A stretch of DNA of 64,000 nucleotides from an uncultured Prevotellaceae bacterium (GTDB lineage Bacteria > Bacteroidota > Bacteroidia > Bacteroidales > Bacteroidaceae). Under the pieces are notes generated by a model that saw nothing but the letters and a program-made list of their open reading frames with translations, did no database searches and had not been told where the DNA came from. The stretch spans positions 75 through 64,074 of the forward strand of contig CACZCT010000001.1 in NCBI GenBank assembly GCA_902779745.1, in the 5' to 3' direction. This document shows positions 59,450 to 64,000 of the stretch, piece after piece; the first letter of the stretch is position 1; each line of letters opens with the position of its first letter. A program made the position numbers and the translations under genes.

Positions 59450-61222
59450 TTATTCTATGACCCATACAAAACCGCCACGAGGCTGCAGGTGAATCTCGCG
59501 GGGAACCTTATTCATTGTACGGATATCCCAAGATGAGTGCTCACTATCCGCAAAGGCGGTTATCTTCTGGTCATTCTGCATAAAGTCAAGGGAGACACTA
59601 AAATACTGGGGCACGTCCAGTCCGTTGATGCCTGCCACATACCAGCGGTGACCGCTACGGCGTGCCAGGATGACGAAACGACCGGGATAGCCGTCAATTA
59701 GGAAGGTCTCATCCCATACGCTGGGGAGTTCTGACAGGAACTGCTGTACCTGATCAGGTTGGGCAAAGTAACTCTCCGGCTTATCGGCGAGATGCTGCAG
59801 TCCCGACTCAAAGAGGACAGTAAGGGCAAGTTCATGGGCATTCGTCGTGATATGGGGATGCTGGGAATCACTGAACGTACAGGGAGTATAGTCCATCGGA
59901 CCGATCACATTACGGGTAAAGGGCAGCGTGGCATTATGGCATGCCGCCTTGTCAGTGAATGTCGGAACGTTATTATACCATTCCGCGCCATAGACTCCTT
60001 CTGTTGACATGAGGTTCGGATAGGTACGCTGCCAGCCACGAGGGATGGTGGCTCCATGGAAATTGACCAGCAGGTGATGACCGGCTGCACTCTCCAACAG
60101 GTCGATACAGTAATCCATGTTCTTCTGGTTGTCACCAGAGAAGAAGTCAATCTTCACACCTGCCACTCCCATCTTTTCACACCAGGCAAATTCCTTCTCA
60201 CGGTCCTCAGACTTGTTCAGGCGGAACTTCGGAGTGGGAGCACCGTCTACCCAGCCAACACTGGAGTTGTACCAAATCAGTGGCTTGACACTCTTAGACC
60301 TGGCATAGTTGACGGCATCCTCAATGGTGTAAGGAGCCTTCATCTCATCCCATTCCGCATCAATCAGGACATAAGGGAGATGAAGCGTTGCTGCCATATC
60401 CACATATTTCTTGATAATATCGTAGTCGTTGGAACCGTGGTTGTATGCCCAGTAAACCCAGGACACTACTCCCGGATGAATCCAACTGGTATCAGCAATC
60501 CTGCAAGGCTTACTGACATCCGTCACCAAGGTCGACTCTACCACATCTTTCAAGGTACCGATGATGACTACTCGCCAAGGCGTGTGGTCACTGGTTTTCC
60601 CAGTGATTCCTTCTGCTGGTGTCACACGGAACCATTCCCCATCATTGTACAGGCAGGAAGCACTTTGTCCTTTCTCGATATTCGCCTCGGTAATCAGGGT
60701 AAACACTCCTTTCTGCGGTTCTATGAGTGCCGGATATCCCCAACGGTTGTTCCATCCCTCTGCGGATTTCGAAATACCGCTATACGACGGGATAGGCTCT
60801 ACCTTATACGTCGTGGCAAATGGGAAGAAACCCTCATAGGAATCACACCACTGCTGCATCCAGCGCGGGGTACCCTCTGGGATACGATAGGCAACATCCG
60901 CATCCCGCAAGGCTATACCGTCATTGTAGATGCGCAGGACAGCCTTACCCACCTGATATTCGTTCGCCTCATTCTGACAATGCTGACGCTTGCCCGTCAA
61001 CATCTGATAGTCAGCAGTCACTTTCCCGACAAACAGCAATCCCTGGTCTGTCGGTGTCCTGACTTCCAATACAAGTTGTTGCCCATATTGGATGACTACA
61101 CATTGGTCTTTCACCTCTACCGATATCTTTCCGTTGGGTGACATACCTATACCTCCCTGAGCCATGACAGCAGTCCATGACCAAAGCAAGCATACAACGA
61201 GTGTGGACAGTTGTTTCCTCAT
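59450..61222 (-). CDS. GH97 alpha-glucosidase/galactosidase
   Basis: TPWRVV, VLIDAEW, GVKIDF, NFHG, RTYPN, EGVYGAE, GPMDYTP. Confidence 0.92.
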   Translation of the reverse strand: MRKQLSTLVVCLLWSWTAVMAQGGIGMSPNGKISVEVKDQCVVIQYGQQLVLEVRTPTDQGLLFVGKVTADYQMLTGKRQHCQNEANEYQVGKAVLRIYNDGIALRDADVAYRIPEGTPRWMQQWCDSYEGFFPFATTYKVEPIPSYSGISKSAEGWNNRWGYPALIEPQKGVFTLITEANIEKGQSASCLYNDGEWFRVTPAEGITGKTSDHTPWRVVIIGTLKDVVESTLVTDVSKPCRIADTSWIHPGVVSWVYWAYNHGSNDYDIIKKYVDMAATLHLPYVLIDAEWDEMKAPYTIEDAVNYARSKSVKPLIWYNSSVGWVDGAPTPKFRLNKSEDREKEFAWCEKMGVAGVKIDFFSGDNQKNMDYCIDLLESAAGHHLLVNFHGATIPRGWQRTYPNLMSTEGVYGAEWYNNVPTFTDKAACHNATLPFTRNVIGPMDYTPCTFSDSQHPHITTNAHELALTVLFESGLQHLADKPESYFAQPDQVQQFLSELPSVWDETFLIDGYPGRFVILARRSGHRWYVAGINGLDVPQYFSVSLDFMQNDQKITAFADSEHSSWDIRTMNKVPREIHLQPRGGFVWVIE

Positions 61223-61233
61223 ATTTTGATCGT

Positions 61234-63027
61234 CTATTTTAACTTATCGAAAAGAGCGTTGGTCTCCAGTGTCCAGTCCTTACGCTGGAGGAGCCGAGGA
61301 TTCTTGCCAATGAACATCTTGGCAGCCTGCTGGTCGCCTTTCAGTTGCCAGTTGAGCCAGGCAAGGGCAGGAACCGTGAACTCACCGCCATGAGCATCAC
61401 GGTAGGTTCCGCCATGACCAACGGGGAAATTCGCGGCACAGGCTGGTACGTGCTGGATGAGGTGAAAGTCGTCCATGCCGTTCTCGTAGGCGATATCGGT
61501 CTTACCGCCTAAGATATAGATAACCGGACAATGAATATCCTTCAGTTTCTCCTTCGGAGGCATGGGCATACCGCCAACAGCCTGGGCAGCATTTGATTGT
61601 TTGAAGAGTCCGCTATTGCAGATCATAATGGCGGTAATACGCGGGTCGGCACAGTTAAAGAGGGTCTGCAAACCACCGCATGACATACCTGCGACACACA
61701 CGTTCTTGGTGTCTATCTTCTGATAATACGGTGAGGCAGGGTCGGCATTCTGGGCGAATATCCAGTCCAGACTCTCTATCTGTTGCTCTGCCCGTGACAT
61801 CGGACCTTTATACCATTCATCCACCATGGGAATCTCACCGGTAGCGAGTACGATATAGCCGTGAGACGCAATCTCGTTGAGGAAGTTCATGTGTTCCCAG
61901 GGGGAGTTGGCACAGGCACCGTTACCCCAGACCAGTACGGGCAACGGATGCTTTTGGTCGAATTTAGAGAGGTCCTGAGGTATAAAAAGAGTATGTTCCC
62001 GACTGAGCGACGGCTCTTCTTTCATAATGACCTTATAGGCTCCCGTACCGCCATCCTCAATGATGCGGCTCCTGGCCGGCAGATGCTGGCTTCTGACTTT
62101 TTTGAGGAAACGCACCATCTTCTGCAGGTTCTCCTCACTGTACATACCCATGCCATGACCACCTTCAGGAACAAAGGTGGCCTCTGTCGTGACACCGGCA
62201 GCCTTCAACAGTTCATAGAACTTCTTACCCTGACAGCAGGGTACTACATTATCCTTCTCACCATGGAAGATGATGATGGGAGGATCCTTCGGGTCAATAT
62301 ACTCGACGGCACTGAGACTGCGATATTTGTCAGGCTCTTTGTCGAATTTTGACTTCAACAACACATCCTCCGGACTGTTTTCTACCATGGTCATGTGCTC
62401 GCCACAGTCCATCGCCGTCAGGTCAACGGGACCGGACCAGTCGCAAGCAACATTCACACAACTGGGCTGGTCGATATATTTTCCGACAGTACCCTCAAGG
62501 TCGAGGGTAACCGTACCGACGGTAGCTGTCTTCATACCACTGGTTGTGGCAGTGATGGTAGCAAGATGACCACCAGAAGAGAAACCACTGGTGGCGATGA
62601 ATGACGGGTCGAATTTGTATTTTTCTGCTTCTCCTCGCACAAAGCGTACCACGGCACGGATATCCTGAATCTGGGCAGGCCACTGGGCATCTATGCTGGA
62701 ACGGTGATTAGGGCATACTACCGCATAACCTGCATCTAACAATGCCTTGACGATCGTCCCTAGATCAGCAACCCCTTTCCCGTTGTTGTTAAACCAGGCA
62801 CTGCCGTAGATATGAATCACTACGGGATAGCTGTCTTTCTCTTGTTTAGGCAGGTAGATATCGCAGGTATGATAAGCCTGTCCGTCATCAGCATAGTTAA
62901 TATCTTTCCATTGTTGTGATGTCTCCAGTTTCACTTCTGGCTTTTGAAAGCCGCCAAAATCTCCGGCAGGCTGCGCTTGTGCGGTCAGGTCACACAGCAT
63001 CATCACTGATAATAAGATGTTTTTCAT
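61234..63027 (-). CDS. Two-domain alpha/beta-hydrolase esterase
   Basis: Domain 1 GFSSGG...HGEKD...GGH; domain 2 WGNG, AGMSCGG, GGKTD, VGH. Confidence 0.85.
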   Translation of the reverse strand: MKNILLSVMMLCDLTAQAQPAGDFGGFQKPEVKLETSQQWKDINYADDGQAYHTCDIYLPKQEKDSYPVVIHIYGSAWFNNNGKGVADLGTIVKALLDAGYAVVCPNHRSSIDAQWPAQIQDIRAVVRFVRGEAEKYKFDPSFIATSGFSSGGHLATITATTSGMKTATVGTVTLDLEGTVGKYIDQPSCVNVACDWSGPVDLTAMDCGEHMTMVENSPEDVLLKSKFDKEPDKYRSLSAVEYIDPKDPPIIIFHGEKDNVVPCCQGKKFYELLKAAGVTTEATFVPEGGHGMGMYSEENLQKMVRFLKKVRSQHLPARSRIIEDGGTGAYKVIMKEEPSLSREHTLFIPQDLSKFDQKHPLPVLVWGNGACANSPWEHMNFLNEIASHGYIVLATGEIPMVDEWYKGPMSRAEQQIESLDWIFAQNADPASPYYQKIDTKNVCVAGMSCGGLQTLFNCADPRITAIMICNSGLFKQSNAAQAVGGMPMPPKEKLKDIHCPVIYILGGKTDIAYENGMDDFHLIQHVPACAANFPVGHGGTYRDAHGGEFTVPALAWLNWQLKGDQQAAKMFIGKNPRLLQRKDWTLETNALFDKLK

Positions 63028-63032
63028 ATTTT

Positions 63033-64000
63033 CTATTTTGATACGATGGTTTCTGAGAAATAATAGTCACGGAGCGGTTTGCTGACCGTCTTGCCTTCCA
63101 ACACGACTTCCTGCTGAAGCCGGATATCCGCAGAGGATGCTCCCACCTTGATAATGAACGTGCCCGGTTCGATGTTCCATTGGCGGACACCACCCTGATG
63201 ACTGTAGAATCCCATCTGCTCGACATAGAGACGGGTTGTGACCGTCTTGGTCTGTCCAGGCTCCAGTGACACACGGGCAAAGCCCTGCAGTTGAATAGGA
63301 CGGATATGCTGGTCTGGTTTTGTGGGAGAGAGATATATCTGTACAATCTCGTCGGCAGCCACCTTTCCTGTGTTCTTCACCTGGAAGGTCAAATCCACTG
63401 ACTCATCCGTTGTCTGTGCCTTGCTGTTCACCTGCAGGTTCTTATAGTCGAAAGTGGTATAGGTAAGACCATAACCGAAGGGCCATTGGATACGCGGATC
63501 CTTTTCTACGGAATAATTATAGCAGACAGGCTCGTAAATCTCTGCATTCGGATAACTGACGGCGAGTTTGGCTGACGGAGAGACTTTACCGTACAGGATA
63601 TCAGCGACGGCATTTCCGCCCTCCTCACCAGGATACCAAGCCTGGATGACAGCGGCGCAACGGTCGGCAAGACCGGAGATTACCTGGGCACGACCGCCGA
63701 AGATTACCAGTATGACCGGCTTGCCTGTCTTGATCAGTTCTTCTACATATTGCTCCTGTTTGCCAGGCAGACGGAGTCCCTGACGGTCACGGTTCTCACC
63801 GCAGAGCATCACGTTCTCACCGACAGCGGCAACGATGACATCAGCCTGTTTCGCCATGTTCAGTGCCTCCGCCTGATCTGCCTTTTCACCGGCATCCACC
63901 TTGCGATGGAGGAGTTCATACTCCCAGGCACGCTCATCACCGCCTTCCCCGTATTTCGTCTCAATCTCCTCGGTCCAGTCACATCCACGGGAATACAGGA
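63033..64000 (-). CDS. GH3 beta-xylosidase/glucosidase, C-terminal part (partial)
   Basis: GENRDR, AWYPGEEGG, PFGYGLTYTTF, Fn3-like tail; frame open to the window edge. Confidence 0.92.
   Translation of the reverse strand, partial: LYSRGCDWTEEIETKYGEGGDERAWEYELLHRKVDAGEKADQAEALNMAKQADVIVAAVGENVMLCGENRDRQGLRLPGKQEQYVEELIKTGKPVILVIFGGRAQVISGLADRCAAVIQAWYPGEEGGNAVADILYGKVSPSAKLAVSYPNAEIYEPVCYNYSVEKDPRIQWPFGYGLTYTTFDYKNLQVNSKAQTTDESVDLTFQVKNTGKVAADEIVQIYLSPTKPDQHIRPIQLQGFARVSLEPGQTKTVTTRLYVEQMGFYSHQGGVRQWNIEPGTFIIKVGASSADIRLQQEVVLEGKTVSKPLRDYYFSETIVSK

Overview
Bacteroidota DNA, most like a rumen Prevotella/Xylanibacter. This is inferred from TAnnTTTG promoters, the secDF-EEP-rhomboid-HU synteny, a hybrid two-component regulator and a GH10-CE1 fusion. 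Five blocks: (1) 1-12.9 kb, a co-directional accessory cluster at the 3' end of tRNA-Arg(CCT), with two single-pass receptor-like giants carrying toxin-like cytoplasmic tails, zinc-ribbon proteins, a TerB-like protein and paralogous lipoproteins, two with Firmicutes-type cell-wall-binding repeats. (2) 13.2-20.6 kb, a MaoC dehydratase, an NTPase-less coiled-coil/WD40 protein, a sensor kinase whose phospho-acceptor His is replaced by Asp, and a TPR-capped TonB-dependent receptor. (3) 20.7-27.1 kb, housekeeping genes. (4) 27-64 kb, a large xylan/hemicellulose CAZyme cluster (GH43s, GH10-CE1, CE15, GH31, GH97, GH3, esterases, HTCS, plus GH13). (5) 43.8-52.8 kb, nested in block 4, an AraC-led lipid operon joining a ceramide-synthase/YghO-like GNAT to KS-ACP-DH-KR, an FAD reductase, MMPL and a LolA-like carrier. 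The best candidates for undescribed systems are blocks 1, 2 and 5. All calls come from motif reading by eye; no searches were run.
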